DNA of 64,000 nucleotides from a virus, in IMG/VR virus record IMGVR_UViG_3300027833_000017; one strand, written 5' to 3'. This document shows positions 54,316 through 64,000 of this stretch, piece after piece. The stretch's first letter is position 1. Each line of letters opens with the position of its first letter. The position numbers and the translations under genes are program-made. The notes under the pieces are model-generated. The model saw only the letters and a list, made by a program, of their open reading frames with translations. It had not been told where the DNA came from and ran no database searches.

Positions 54316-55626
54316 ATGCAAAAATTAACTATAGATTCTCCGAGAGAATCAATCCTAAACGCAGCACTCATGGGTGTTGAGTTTGAGTTCTATTCTAACC
54401 TCGATCTAGAAGTAACCAGAAAGTCTCTGGAAAAACTTCTAGATCGAAAGATTAGATTAGAAGATAAAGCACATTCTGATTTTCAACCATCTGCTGAAGA
54501 ATTTAAAATTGAGCCGGACATGTCTGGTGGTAAAGGATTGGCAGAGTTGGTTACGGGACCTATCCCATATAGAAATGCCAGAATAGTGGTTATTAAGATG
54601 TTAAAATGGATATCTGAAAATGGATATACTAATGATAGAGCATCAATTCATATAAATTTGTCTTTCGATAAAAAGTATCTCGAAGACAAAGATCTTATTT
54701 CTAAAATGAATGTTCTTAAGTTTATTTTAGAATTTGATGAGAAACAAATCTATAAGTTTTTCCCTGAACGTGAAAATTCTACATATGCAAAGAGTGTAAA
54801 ATGGGTAATGCCGAAAATTGAAGCATTTCATTTTGATGGTAATCATATAGCATCAAACAATTTTAAATTTGCTGACACAAAATATTATGGAATTAATTTT
54901 TCTAAAAAAGAAAAGAATTACTTAGAATTTAGATATATTGGTGGAACTGACTATGAGAAAAGGTCAGATGATATTCTTTATCTAACTGAAAGATTTTTAA
55001 TGCAAATGTGGAATTCATGCAATGACCCTAGGTTTAATGATGAGAATAAAATAGAATTACAGAGAATTTTAAATAAAAATAAACCTATCTCAGATATACT
55101 AAAGGACTACTCTAAGGTATCTGAATATTATCCCGACATAACTATATTGGTGGATCTAGTGGATAACCCAGTTATCATTAAATTGCAATGGGAGAGGTTT
55201 AAGAATAGAGTAGTAGATCTTATAGTAAATGGATCTATGACTGCTGGTTTAATTAATTATGATTCTAATTATGGGGCCACACAAGTAAAAGATGGAAAGT
55301 TTCCAACTGTTTATCAACTAGAAGATTTTGAATTTATAGATTGTGAAATAGCTGGAAATGTAACTAATTCTAGTTTTTATGGGTGTGAAATAACTGGATC
55401 TGCTATCATGTATGGTAGTTTATATAAAGGCACTAAAGTAAAAGAATCAAAGGTAGAATCTAGTTATACACATGGTAGTTGTGAATTAATAAACTGTTAT
55501 GTTGCGGGTAGAGATACTATGTTTAAAGGTAAAATGGTTGGAGGTATATTCAGAGAGGGTTTCAAAACAAAAGATGCTAGATTTGAAGATACTGAGATTG
55601 TTGTAAGTAAAAAAATAAGAGAATAA
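54316..55626 (+). CDS. Putative amidoligase (COOH-NH2 ligase family)
   Basis: MGVEFEF, IEPDMS...ELVTGP, ASIHINLS, KYYGIN, LEFR; C-terminal beta-helix-like region. Confidence 0.7.
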   Translation: MQKLTIDSPRESILNAALMGVEFEFYSNLDLEVTRKSLEKLLDRKIRLEDKAHSDFQPSAEEFKIEPDMSGGKGLAELVTGPIPYRNARIVVIKMLKWISENGYTNDRASIHINLSFDKKYLEDKDLISKMNVLKFILEFDEKQIYKFFPERENSTYAKSVKWVMPKIEAFHFDGNHIASNNFKFADTKYYGINFSKKEKNYLEFRYIGGTDYEKRSDDILYLTERFLMQMWNSCNDPRFNDENKIELQRILNKNKPISDILKDYSKVSEYYPDITILVDLVDNPVIIKLQWERFKNRVVDLIVNGSMTAGLINYDSNYGATQVKDGKFPTVYQLEDFEFIDCEIAGNVTNSSFYGCEITGSAIMYGSLYKGTKVKESKVESSYTHGSCELINCYVAGRDTMFKGKMVGGIFREGFKTKDARFEDTEIVVSKKIRE

Positions 55627-55627
55627 A

Positions 55628-56470
55628 ATGAGTGAAATTAGAAGCGGTTCAAACCAAGATTTAACCTCTGGTAGAAATTTCGATCCAAATTGTCTAAATA
55701 CATTTTTAGAAGAAATAGGAGATGATATTACTGGGGCATGTATGGTACCTATTAATTTGCCACAAAAAGAGATTATTAATATAATCAAAAGAGCTAAAAA
55801 ATGGTTTTATAAAAAATATGAATATTCTGTAAAAGAAAATTTATACCACATCCCGAATAGTGTATTTAGTACATCACACTTTAAAAGTCACAGAGCACTT
55901 ACATTGCCTGGGCCAAGTGCAGATGGAGGTGGAGGTGTATATTCAGTATATGGTTTATATGACTTAGCTTCGGGCTGGAATGGAGGCGGAGGCGGAATGG
56001 ATGTGAGATTCCAAGGAGGCTCTGACTTTTCAATGGAGCGAATGCTATTTAGAGGAATGTATGAGGGTTCAGGTATGGCTGAAGCCGCAGAAGAACTACA
56101 ATATTATGTATTGAACGCTTCTATGGCAGATTTATCTAGACAAATACTTGAAAACCCTATTTCATTTCATTACTCTAGTTTAACTGGAGAATTAAAATTT
56201 ATGGGTGATACACCAAAGGGTGATGTTATTTTAGAAATATATGAAACTATCCCTGATTGTGCACTATATTCAGATGAAATATTCTTTAGATATGTGAGTG
56301 CAAAAATAAAACAATCTATTGGTTCTAAATTAGCAATTTTTAAATTTGCCCTTCCTGGTAATGTTGATTTTGATTATGATGCTATTAAAAGTATGGGCGA
56401 TGATGAGTTATCGGAGATTAACGAAGAGATTCAAGGAGACGAAGGTGTTGATTGGATGATGCATTCATAA
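55628..56470 (+). CDS. Neck/head-completion protein, T4 gp13-like
   Basis: RYVSAKIKQSIGSKL..F..ALPGNV...IKSMGDDEL pattern; context. Confidence 0.65.
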   Translation: MSEIRSGSNQDLTSGRNFDPNCLNTFLEEIGDDITGACMVPINLPQKEIINIIKRAKKWFYKKYEYSVKENLYHIPNSVFSTSHFKSHRALTLPGPSADGGGGVYSVYGLYDLASGWNGGGGGMDVRFQGGSDFSMERMLFRGMYEGSGMAEAAEELQYYVLNASMADLSRQILENPISFHYSSLTGELKFMGDTPKGDVILEIYETIPDCALYSDEIFFRYVSAKIKQSIGSKLAIFKFALPGNVDFDYDAIKSMGDDELSEINEEIQGDEGVDWMMHS

Positions 56471-56492
56471 ATAAAAGAAGATAAATAAATAA

Positions 56493-56849
56493 ATGGAATT
56501 ATATATAAAATATCCTAGCGATCCTAATTACGACGAAGATCAAGTTCAGACTAATGGTGAAATAGAAATGTTGATCACACAGATTCAAACAATTTTATTT
56601 ACTAATAGCGGTGAAGTTATGGGGGATCATAAGTTTGGATGTGATTTAGAAACACTTATATATGATTTCAATTCTAGTGAACATAATATCAAATCGGTGA
56701 TAGTAGATCAGATTAATGCATATTGCCCATTAGCATCAAAATACAATGTTCAAGTAAACATTGACTTTGTTCGAGGCGAGGTTAGAGATATTGCGTTCAT
56801 AGATATTACGATAGATAGTAGATATGCTATAAAAATAAGCATGCTATAA
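56493..56849 (+). CDS. Baseplate wedge gp25-like protein
   Basis: ILFTNSGEVMGDHKFGCDLETLIYD. Confidence 0.85.
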   Translation: MELYIKYPSDPNYDEDQVQTNGEIEMLITQIQTILFTNSGEVMGDHKFGCDLETLIYDFNSSEHNIKSVIVDQINAYCPLASKYNVQVNIDFVRGEVRDIAFIDITIDSRYAIKISML

Positions 56850-56866
56850 AAAAGTATACATAAATA

Positions 56867-58696
56867 ATGGCAGAATTAAAATTTTTAAGTACAATTAGAA
56901 CGGGAGCAGAGTCTATTAAGGCTGATGCTAGAACTTATATTTCTAGGGTATACAATAGGGCTAACACTTTGTTTACTTTAGCTTCACCGTTTGCACAGAT
57001 AATAAGTGTACTATCAGAAATGATGGATCTTATTATGTATTATATTGAAGATTCTGTAGTAGAGCAAAACATATATACTGCACAACAACCGGAATCAATA
57101 TATGGTATGGCACGATTGACAGGTCATGATGCGACAAGAGGGTTTGCTTCTACTGGTGAAATTATATTTAGATGGAAGCCTGGTGCTGATATGGCAAAAA
57201 TAGCAGGAAGTTTATTAAATATTAATGGTAGATCAGAAATTAAATTTGATGCTAACGGAATGACATATACTTTATTAAATTCTGTTGAATTATTTAAATT
57301 AGAAAAAACAAATTATAACGCATTTAAAAGTGCAATAATTCAAGGTAAATTTGAATCACAAACCGTGACTTCTAACGGTGAAAAATTACAATCATTTAAC
57401 ATTAATACTGGTGGAATCACTGATCACAGTAAAGTTACCGTAAGTGTTAATGGTGAACAGTGGACGAAACATGAATCACTTTATGATCTGTTATCTGATG
57501 AGAAGGCGTATTTAATTAAAACAGGTATTAGCGGAGGTTTGGATCTTTATTTTGGAAATGGAAGTTTTGGAATGGTGCCACCTAATGGTGCTAGTATTAA
57601 AGTAGAATATGTAAAACATTCTGGAATTGCTGGTAATTTAGATGATTCACCTGATTTAACTATTAAGTGGGATGCAACTGGTTATGATTCTAATGGAACA
57701 GAACATGATTTAAATGAATTCTTAGATGTAACTGTTACATCATCTCCAAAAATGGGTAGCGATAGAGAGAATACTCAATTTACAAAAATAATGACACCAC
57801 TTGCAAGTAAATCATTTGTATTAGCTACACCCGATAACTATGAATACTTTCTGTCAAGATACAATATGTTCTCTTATATAGATGCATATAACACAACTGA
57901 CGATCAATATTTAGATGACGATAATGTTATTTATATATTTGCAGTGCCAGATGTTAATAAGAAGTTAGCTAAAAATCAAGATTACTTTACTGTACCACAA
58001 GAAGAAATGTTCTTTGATCAAGGTGAGTATGATGCAATGTATAAGGTTTTAGAAGACAGTGGTCAACAAATGGTAACAACTGAAGTTGTTTTTGTTAGGC
58101 CGAAAATAAGAAAATATAGTATTGATATTAATATTAGATTCTTTGAAGGCTATACTAAGGATGAGATTTACACAGCGGTAAGAGAGAGAATGTCTACATA
58201 CTTACTAAATATAACGAGAAGAGATAAACTGCCTAAGTCTGATATTATTTATATCTTAGAAGAGGTTGCAGGTATTGACGCCGTGAATGTTAGATTTATT
58301 TCAGAGACGGAAGAGACTGCAAGAAGACTTGGTTATTATGAATCAATTACTACTACAGTAGTTCCACAAGAACCAGTAACATTGGAAACTGTAGGAAATG
58401 GAAAACAAAAATATGTTTTCTTTAAGAAAATAGAGGATGTAAAAGTGGTTCCAGTTGATGAAAATACTGTTATTCCTCCTAAGGTAAAAGGATTAGATCA
58501 ATGGGGTGATATTATAATGGAAAAAGAAGAAGTTGCTGTTTTTAGAGGCGGATGGTTAGATAGAGATGGTGACGTCATGGAAGACGATGTATTAATTAAC
58601 GCTGAAGCTGCGGTAAGTATAAACTTTGAAGCAGATCCTGTACCTAGAACAATATACACTAGGGTACAAGCTGGAAATAGAAAGGCACTTAAATAA
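56867..58696 (+). CDS. Baseplate wedge gp6/J-like protein
   Basis: TAQQPESIYGMARLTGH, LYFGNGSFG..PP.GA.I.V.Y. Confidence 0.8.
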   Translation: MAELKFLSTIRTGAESIKADARTYISRVYNRANTLFTLASPFAQIISVLSEMMDLIMYYIEDSVVEQNIYTAQQPESIYGMARLTGHDATRGFASTGEIIFRWKPGADMAKIAGSLLNINGRSEIKFDANGMTYTLLNSVELFKLEKTNYNAFKSAIIQGKFESQTVTSNGEKLQSFNINTGGITDHSKVTVSVNGEQWTKHESLYDLLSDEKAYLIKTGISGGLDLYFGNGSFGMVPPNGASIKVEYVKHSGIAGNLDDSPDLTIKWDATGYDSNGTEHDLNEFLDVTVTSSPKMGSDRENTQFTKIMTPLASKSFVLATPDNYEYFLSRYNMFSYIDAYNTTDDQYLDDDNVIYIFAVPDVNKKLAKNQDYFTVPQEEMFFDQGEYDAMYKVLEDSGQQMVTTEVVFVRPKIRKYSIDINIRFFEGYTKDEIYTAVRERMSTYLLNITRRDKLPKSDIIYILEEVAGIDAVNVRFISETEETARRLGYYESITTTVVPQEPVTLETVGNGKQKYVFFKKIEDVKVVPVDENTVIPPKVKGLDQWGDIIMEKEEVAVFRGGWLDRDGDVMEDDVLINAEAAVSINFEADPVPRTIYTRVQAGNRKALK

Positions 58697-58980
58697 TGGG
58701 TTTATTTACAAATTTATTTAACTATAGACAACGTAGAAGATACGATTCTGTTAAATCTAGAAAGGATGATAGATTACATACGGGATTTAACTACGATGAT
58801 GAGTTAGCTCCAGGGGAATTTATTAGCAGATCTTTGTCTGGTCACATTCAAAGAAATCAAACCATGCAACATTTTTTAATATTCTTAGATGACGCATTAA
58901 AGAATTTATTAAAAGGCGCAAGATATTTAAATAATTTTAAAAATTATACCGTTGACGAAAACACAAAGAAAACCAAATAA
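58696..58980 (+). CDS. Hypothetical baseplate-region protein
   Basis: Translationally coupled to both neighbours. Confidence 0.6.
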   Translation: MGLFTNLFNYRQRRRYDSVKSRKDDRLHTGFNYDDELAPGEFISRSLSGHIQRNQTMQHFLIFLDDALKNLLKGARYLNNFKNYTVDENTKKTK

Positions 58981-61724
58981 TGTACGATAATTTAAGATTT
59001 TTTAAAGGATTAGAATATGATTTAAACTTCGTAAAGGATAACTCTGATGTTTATCAAGGAACCGTACATTTATCTGAGGTTTCTACTGGTTTATACGAAA
59101 CTATTAATTTATTTATATTAGAAGAGTGTGAATTATTCGGAGACCCTATTATAAATTTCCCAGTATCTGAAACACCAGACAACGATAAATTTATATTTGA
59201 ATGGAGTGAAGATACTAGATTTGGTAGTAAAGATATTACACTATATAATGTAGATCATTCTGGAAATCTTCCAGTAATTAAAGAGTTAAAATCTCAAACT
59301 ATTGATCTAATAGATTTTAGTAAAGTTGCGGTATTCAATGACGGTACTAAAGCACTGTGGGAACAAGATAGTACAGCTATTCAAATTAATATAGCATTAA
59401 ATTCATTAAAAGCTGGGCCACATGTTAGAAACTTACACGTTTATCATAGTGCGGCGGGTGTAAAAACACTTATAGCGGATATTGAAGTTTATGGTGAAGT
59501 AGTTGCTGAAGATGAAAGAACTAAAATTCTTCTTCAAAATTTTGGGGCTACATTGGACGAATCTGATTTTATGTTATTCAAGGATCATGACATTAGTGAA
59601 ATGTCACCTGATTATAAATTACTGAATAAGAAAAGAAAGGAATTGCTTTTAGAATTACACAATATAAAACCATTTGTTGGTACATATAAAGCAATATTAA
59701 ATGCAATAGATTTCTTTGGTTATGATAAAATAACATTAAAGGAATACTGGTTAAATGTTAATAATTCTGTTAAGAACTTTGGTAAATTATTTGCAGTTCC
59801 AGTTCCTAACTCGTCTGTTAGAGGTGAAAACACTAGAAAGAAATTAGCGTTTAAGCTTCCTTCTAGTACAATGAAAAAAACTAGTAAGTTTAGTCTTGTA
59901 TACAGGTTAAACGAGCCTAATGGAACGTTTGATCATTGGGATATTCCTAATGTTGATGAGGTTTTTGATTATACACCAGAAGAAGTACTTATTAAACTAT
60001 ATGGTTTAAAGGCAAAGTTACAAAAAGATTATTTACCACTTCAAGCAAAAATTATAGATATTACTGCTGAAGGAGATTATTTCGCTCAAAGAAATATAAA
60101 CGTATGGAATATTCAAAACGGTATTGATTTCTTTAGTGAAGGGCATAATATTAAGTTTAATGTATTTCCTAACGATAGACAGTTATTTATAGAAGACATG
60201 TCAATGGTCTTAAAACCATCGCTTGATCAAAATAATGATTCCAGTAATTATAATTTATTTTTAAATACTAAAAGTGGACAAGAGCATACGTTAACCCCAA
60301 ATAATAGAACAGAATTAAAGAGTATATTTAGAGAGTTTTATGAAACATATCATAATCAAGAATTATATTCTTATAATCCTAATATTCCAATTGGATGTCC
60401 TGTATTATTAGACGGTACAGAATCGTTTGATGATATTTGGGACGAGGCTAAATTTACTTGGGAAGATGCTCACAATCCAAATGATACATTGTTAGTTACA
60501 TGGAATGATTGGTGGAAAACATGGGTTTATGAAATAGAGTGGATTGTTACAAGTAAAAATAAAGGGTATAACCAGACTTATAGAGGTGCGATAGATGATT
60601 ATTTGATCCTTCCGTTGATATTACCGCATAATGACATATATACTGTCGAGATGAGAACATATGATCTCTTTGGACACAGATCTCATTATAGAATGAAAGA
60701 TCTAATAGATGTAAAACTTAAAAATCTAGAATTATATGGCATATATAAGTGGCTAGAAGATGATTCATGGGATAATAAAGATTTGCCATGGCAAAAATCA
60801 GGTGGTTATTGGAATCAACCTCAAGATAATGTAACAACTATCGATGATGATATTGCTACTCTTTATTTAACATTAGACAGAGCCAATTACATTCATTTTG
60901 AAGAGGATCAAGGTGTTAGATTTTCAACTGTTAGTAGATATTTAGATATTTATTCTGAAACTGCATATAGTGAAACTACTGGACCATATACATGGGACGA
61001 ATCAACTTTTGATTGGAAAGACACTGAACATTTAGCGTGGCATTTCATGAGAGTTGGACCTGATTTAACTTCTAGTTTTAAAATAAACGATATACAACAA
61101 GGTGACACCTTAGTAATAACACACAAAGATCCAAAAACTGGAGAAATAAGCACAGGATCTCATCAAATAGTTAATGCTACGCCAACTACATTTAATGATG
61201 TAAACGGTTGGACTCAAATAATGAATGAATTACAACAAAGTGAGGACTATGTTATTAGTAAATTTAATTATAATGCAATATTTGAAGATTCTGACGATAA
61301 TGATGTAAGCGATGTTTTTAAATTTATATTAGTTGTAGGAAAAGAATACTCAAAAACTTATGATTTTGAAGATGCTTCAATAATAAAAATTAATAATTCA
61401 TCAAACGCTAATATTAGTGGTGAAATTCACGTACAACATTATAATCCAACATGGGACGACACCAGAGTATTTAATGATTATGCAGAGGTTGAAAGGTCTA
61501 CACATGTTACGTTTTCAACAGATATTTCTAGATTTCCTGGAAGTAAAAATGCTAAATGGACTATCACAAATATAACTAACCCAAAAATCACTGATATATA
61601 CTATAATAATATGTGGCTTACATATATCTTTAAAGAACCTGGGTACTACAATATTCAGCTAGAAACTGAAGATACAAATGGAAATAAAAACCTTGTAAAT
61701 AGGAACATGTTAAAAGTAAAATAA
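58980..61724 (+). CDS. Large baseplate structural protein (possibly gp7-like) with C-terminal PKD/Ig-like domain
   Basis: VGTYKAILNAIDFFG; C-terminal YIFKEPGYYNIQL. Confidence 0.55.
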   Translation: MYDNLRFFKGLEYDLNFVKDNSDVYQGTVHLSEVSTGLYETINLFILEECELFGDPIINFPVSETPDNDKFIFEWSEDTRFGSKDITLYNVDHSGNLPVIKELKSQTIDLIDFSKVAVFNDGTKALWEQDSTAIQINIALNSLKAGPHVRNLHVYHSAAGVKTLIADIEVYGEVVAEDERTKILLQNFGATLDESDFMLFKDHDISEMSPDYKLLNKKRKELLLELHNIKPFVGTYKAILNAIDFFGYDKITLKEYWLNVNNSVKNFGKLFAVPVPNSSVRGENTRKKLAFKLPSSTMKKTSKFSLVYRLNEPNGTFDHWDIPNVDEVFDYTPEEVLIKLYGLKAKLQKDYLPLQAKIIDITAEGDYFAQRNINVWNIQNGIDFFSEGHNIKFNVFPNDRQLFIEDMSMVLKPSLDQNNDSSNYNLFLNTKSGQEHTLTPNNRTELKSIFREFYETYHNQELYSYNPNIPIGCPVLLDGTESFDDIWDEAKFTWEDAHNPNDTLLVTWNDWWKTWVYEIEWIVTSKNKGYNQTYRGAIDDYLILPLILPHNDIYTVEMRTYDLFGHRSHYRMKDLIDVKLKNLELYGIYKWLEDDSWDNKDLPWQKSGGYWNQPQDNVTTIDDDIATLYLTLDRANYIHFEEDQGVRFSTVSRYLDIYSETAYSETTGPYTWDESTFDWKDTEHLAWHFMRVGPDLTSSFKINDIQQGDTLVITHKDPKTGEISTGSHQIVNATPTTFNDVNGWTQIMNELQQSEDYVISKFNYNAIFEDSDDNDVSDVFKFILVVGKEYSKTYDFEDASIIKINNSSNANISGEIHVQHYNPTWDDTRVFNDYAEVERSTHVTFSTDISRFPGSKNAKWTITNITNPKITDIYYNNMWLTYIFKEPGYYNIQLETEDTNGNKNLVNRNMLKVK

Positions 61725-61738
61725 TAAAAACAATAAAA

Positions 61739-62305
61739 ATGGCAAACATTACTGAAATTTTAGGAACTGATTCAGTTTCTTCATCGAGACCGATCATCAA
61801 TAGCAACTTTGAGTTGTTAAATGATGAGTTAGCATCTGTTACGGCCTTGTTAAACCCAACTACCTTAACTTTAAGTGGAATCGCTAGCGTATCTACTTCA
61901 TCATTAACTGTTACACAAAACGGTGCTAACTTATTGGTGGTAAATAATTTAGGTGCCGCGTTTAGCAATGCTGCAATTTTTAATTCATCCGTAAAAATAG
62001 ATGGAGATTTAGTAAAAAGCGGAGTTTTAGGAACTGCTGCTACACCAACAACACAAGTTACACCAGTTTCAATAACTGCGGTTACTTACTTTATTGATAG
62101 TCACTTTACATTACCGGAAGCGGCAGATGGACAAGAGGTAACAATTGTTAATGTTGACGGTAGTTCTAAATCAGTGTTATCTGGTACAGGAGCTACTTTA
62201 GGTGCTACATCAATCACACTCGAAGGATTAAACTCAACAGTTACATTAAGATGTTTTGATAATAAATGGTATATCATCTCATCACACAACACAACAATAG
62301 TATAA
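61739..62305 (+). CDS. Short fibre/structural protein
   Basis: DSVSSSRPIINSNF N-terminus; TLPEAADGQEVTIVN C-terminal domain. Confidence 0.6.
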   Translation: MANITEILGTDSVSSSRPIINSNFELLNDELASVTALLNPTTLTLSGIASVSTSSLTVTQNGANLLVVNNLGAAFSNAAIFNSSVKIDGDLVKSGVLGTAATPTTQVTPVSITAVTYFIDSHFTLPEAADGQEVTIVNVDGSSKSVLSGTGATLGATSITLEGLNSTVTLRCFDNKWYIISSHNTTIV

Positions 62306-62323
62306 ACAAAACTTAAAGAATAG

Positions 62324-64000
62324 ATGGCAACTCCTCTAGTTAGAATACCGCAGCCAATGGGCGGCACAATGTATGCTTTCGCATCTTCTGCGAGAGACAT
62401 GACTAGGGCTTTTAATAGTTCAGATTTAAATTTTGAGTTTAGTAAATACGCTTTATTAGATCTTCCAGATTTTACTGATTCTGTTAATGGTTCTAACACG
62501 ATAGATTTTGAATTAAATCTTAAACAACCTTCAGGTGATGGATATATTGCTGGAATGCCCAATGTGGATTTTGCACAAACATTCCAAAATTATGCACTTA
62601 ACTTAGAAGAGCTGTTGTTAAAAGACGATGATTATGATCCAATAATATTGCAATCAGATTCTGAAAAGATATTTTTTAAGTGGTTAAGTTCTTTAGGTGC
62701 AGTAGATTTTATTGCAGCTGATTCTAACCAAACACTTGTTGGTAATTATACCGAAAAAGTTAATGGTACATTTGCTAGTGATAACTATGATAGAGTTGTT
62801 AAATATTTAGGAACAATAGATGCTGAAAATGATGTTGCATATCAAGGTAACACATATCATGAAGTCTATATTAATGTACCTACTTCAGTGGGTTATACTC
62901 CAACTGTTTTATTTAAACCAACAAATTATAACACAACTGCAACAAAATTATACGCAAGTGATTATGTAGAGGGCAGAGAGGGACAAACACACCCTGATCC
63001 AAACATAAACATGAATACTGTTGTTGATGAATATACGTCAAGCAGTGGAGCTTATTATAATATTCAAACTAATGCTACTAATAGCGTTGGAATTAATTTC
63101 GATGCAACTGCATATGAAGAAATTAACAATGACGTTGAAGTAGAATCATTGTTAGATTTTGCTAAAAAAGGACAAAGGTTTACGTTTAATGCCATCCTTG
63201 TATACTATGATATTTATAGCGAATCTATTTCTGCGAATAGAGCAACTAACTTATATGGAATATTAATTTTGGATGATATACAGGATGCTTATGGGCCTGG
63301 TTCTAAAATTAACGAACAAATTAAATTTAAACCAAACGAAGTTACAGGTTTAAATGGTAATGCATTTTCTTTAAAATTAAATCTTAAATTTAATTCTTCA
63401 TTAGATAATGTTGGTGTAGAAACAAGTGTAAATGATTTTACAACATTCTCTATGGATTTATTCATGGACACAACAACTGCCCTTGAAAATGCAACCGAAT
63501 TATTAATACAAGCTAATAATAGATATGCTGCTATTGTAGAAAGATTAAATTCTATAGAAAATATTGTTTCTTCTACTGAAGACACAACTGCTTTATCAAA
63601 AAAGGTTAAAGTATTAGAAGATGATTTTCAAAGTAGTTCTCTTCAATTAGCGGACTCAAATTCTCTTTTAGAATTAATAACTAAAGCACATGCTAAAATT
63701 AATTCTTTAATTGATGGGACTATTCCAGTAGAATTACAATACAACACAGATATTATATTTGCCGGAAAAGGTACAGAAGTTGATAAAACTATTCCTAATA
63801 AAATTAAAATTGACAGCACAGTTGATGGTTATACACTAAATAGCCCATACCTGTGGAATATAGCAGCAAGAACAATCGCTACTAAATTATCTACAGCAAC
63901 TCAATTTGATGCAGGAGTAGCGGGGAACGGATCTTCTAAATTTGCAATTTGGTCTAGACTTGAAGAGTTTTCAAACAGATTAAGTTTAAAAGGATTATTC
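62324..64000 (+). CDS. Large structural protein, 3'-truncated by window; not in ORF track
   Basis: ATG at 62324 (MATPLVRIPQPMGGTMYAFAS...) appears open to the window end. Confidence 0.75.
   Translation, partial: MATPLVRIPQPMGGTMYAFASSARDMTRAFNSSDLNFEFSKYALLDLPDFTDSVNGSNTIDFELNLKQPSGDGYIAGMPNVDFAQTFQNYALNLEELLLKDDDYDPIILQSDSEKIFFKWLSSLGAVDFIAADSNQTLVGNYTEKVNGTFASDNYDRVVKYLGTIDAENDVAYQGNTYHEVYINVPTSVGYTPTVLFKPTNYNTTATKLYASDYVEGREGQTHPDPNINMNTVVDEYTSSSGAYYNIQTNATNSVGINFDATAYEEINNDVEVESLLDFAKKGQRFTFNAILVYYDIYSESISANRATNLYGILILDDIQDAYGPGSKINEQIKFKPNEVTGLNGNAFSLKLNLKFNSSLDNVGVETSVNDFTTFSMDLFMDTTTALENATELLIQANNRYAAIVERLNSIENIVSSTEDTTALSKKVKVLEDDFQSSSLQLADSNSLLELITKAHAKINSLIDGTIPVELQYNTDIIFAGKGTEVDKTIPNKIKIDSTVDGYTLNSPYLWNIAARTIATKLSTATQFDAGVAGNGSSKFAIWSRLEEFSNRLSLKGLF

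Noticed and set aside
1-64000. Eukaryotic giant virus or bacterial chromosome origin; alternative genetic code; tRNA or rRNA genes
   Set aside because: T4-like baseplate and neck genes, bacterial terminators and bS21/bS1 indicate a phage. TAA, TAG and TGA all end genes cleanly. Intergenic gaps are short and no cloverleaf was seen by eye (tRNAscan not run).

Overview
AT-rich, densely coding segment of a large T4-like (myovirus, probably jumbo) bacteriophage. Every credible gene is on the + strand and uses the standard code. The host is probably Bacteroidota/Flavobacteria (Flavobacterium-type bS21, A-rich SD-poor leaders, Bacteroidota-like -33/-7 promoters, lipoprotein). Layout: (1) 1-19.5 kb fibre/decoration and glycosylation island: two Gly-X-Y collagen-like proteins, an Ala-rich stalk protein, two ~1000-aa Thr-rich repeat proteins (one ending in a Hint domain) and four glycosyltransferase-type genes, including a COLGALT-like GT25 fused to a PLOD-like lysyl hydroxylase. 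(2) 19.5-32.4 kb accessory genes (ATP-grasp, exonuclease, Hsp20, DnaJ, bS21, PhoH, RNase HII, HAD phosphatases, UvsE). (3) 32.5-38.4 kb cluster of proteins sharing an N-terminal MKYIKLFEEF-type motif like the T4 capsid-targeting sequence, including a likely protease-processed polyprotein. (4) dCMP deaminase, DinG helicase, lipoprotein. (5) 44-64 kb tail/baseplate/neck module with embedded bS1-like and amidoligase genes. Three promoter-like motif classes are visible. Best candidate novel systems: a phage collagen hydroxylation/glycosylation pathway beside its putative substrates, and a set of capsid-packaged enzymatic effectors. All family calls come from motif recognition by eye; no searches were run.
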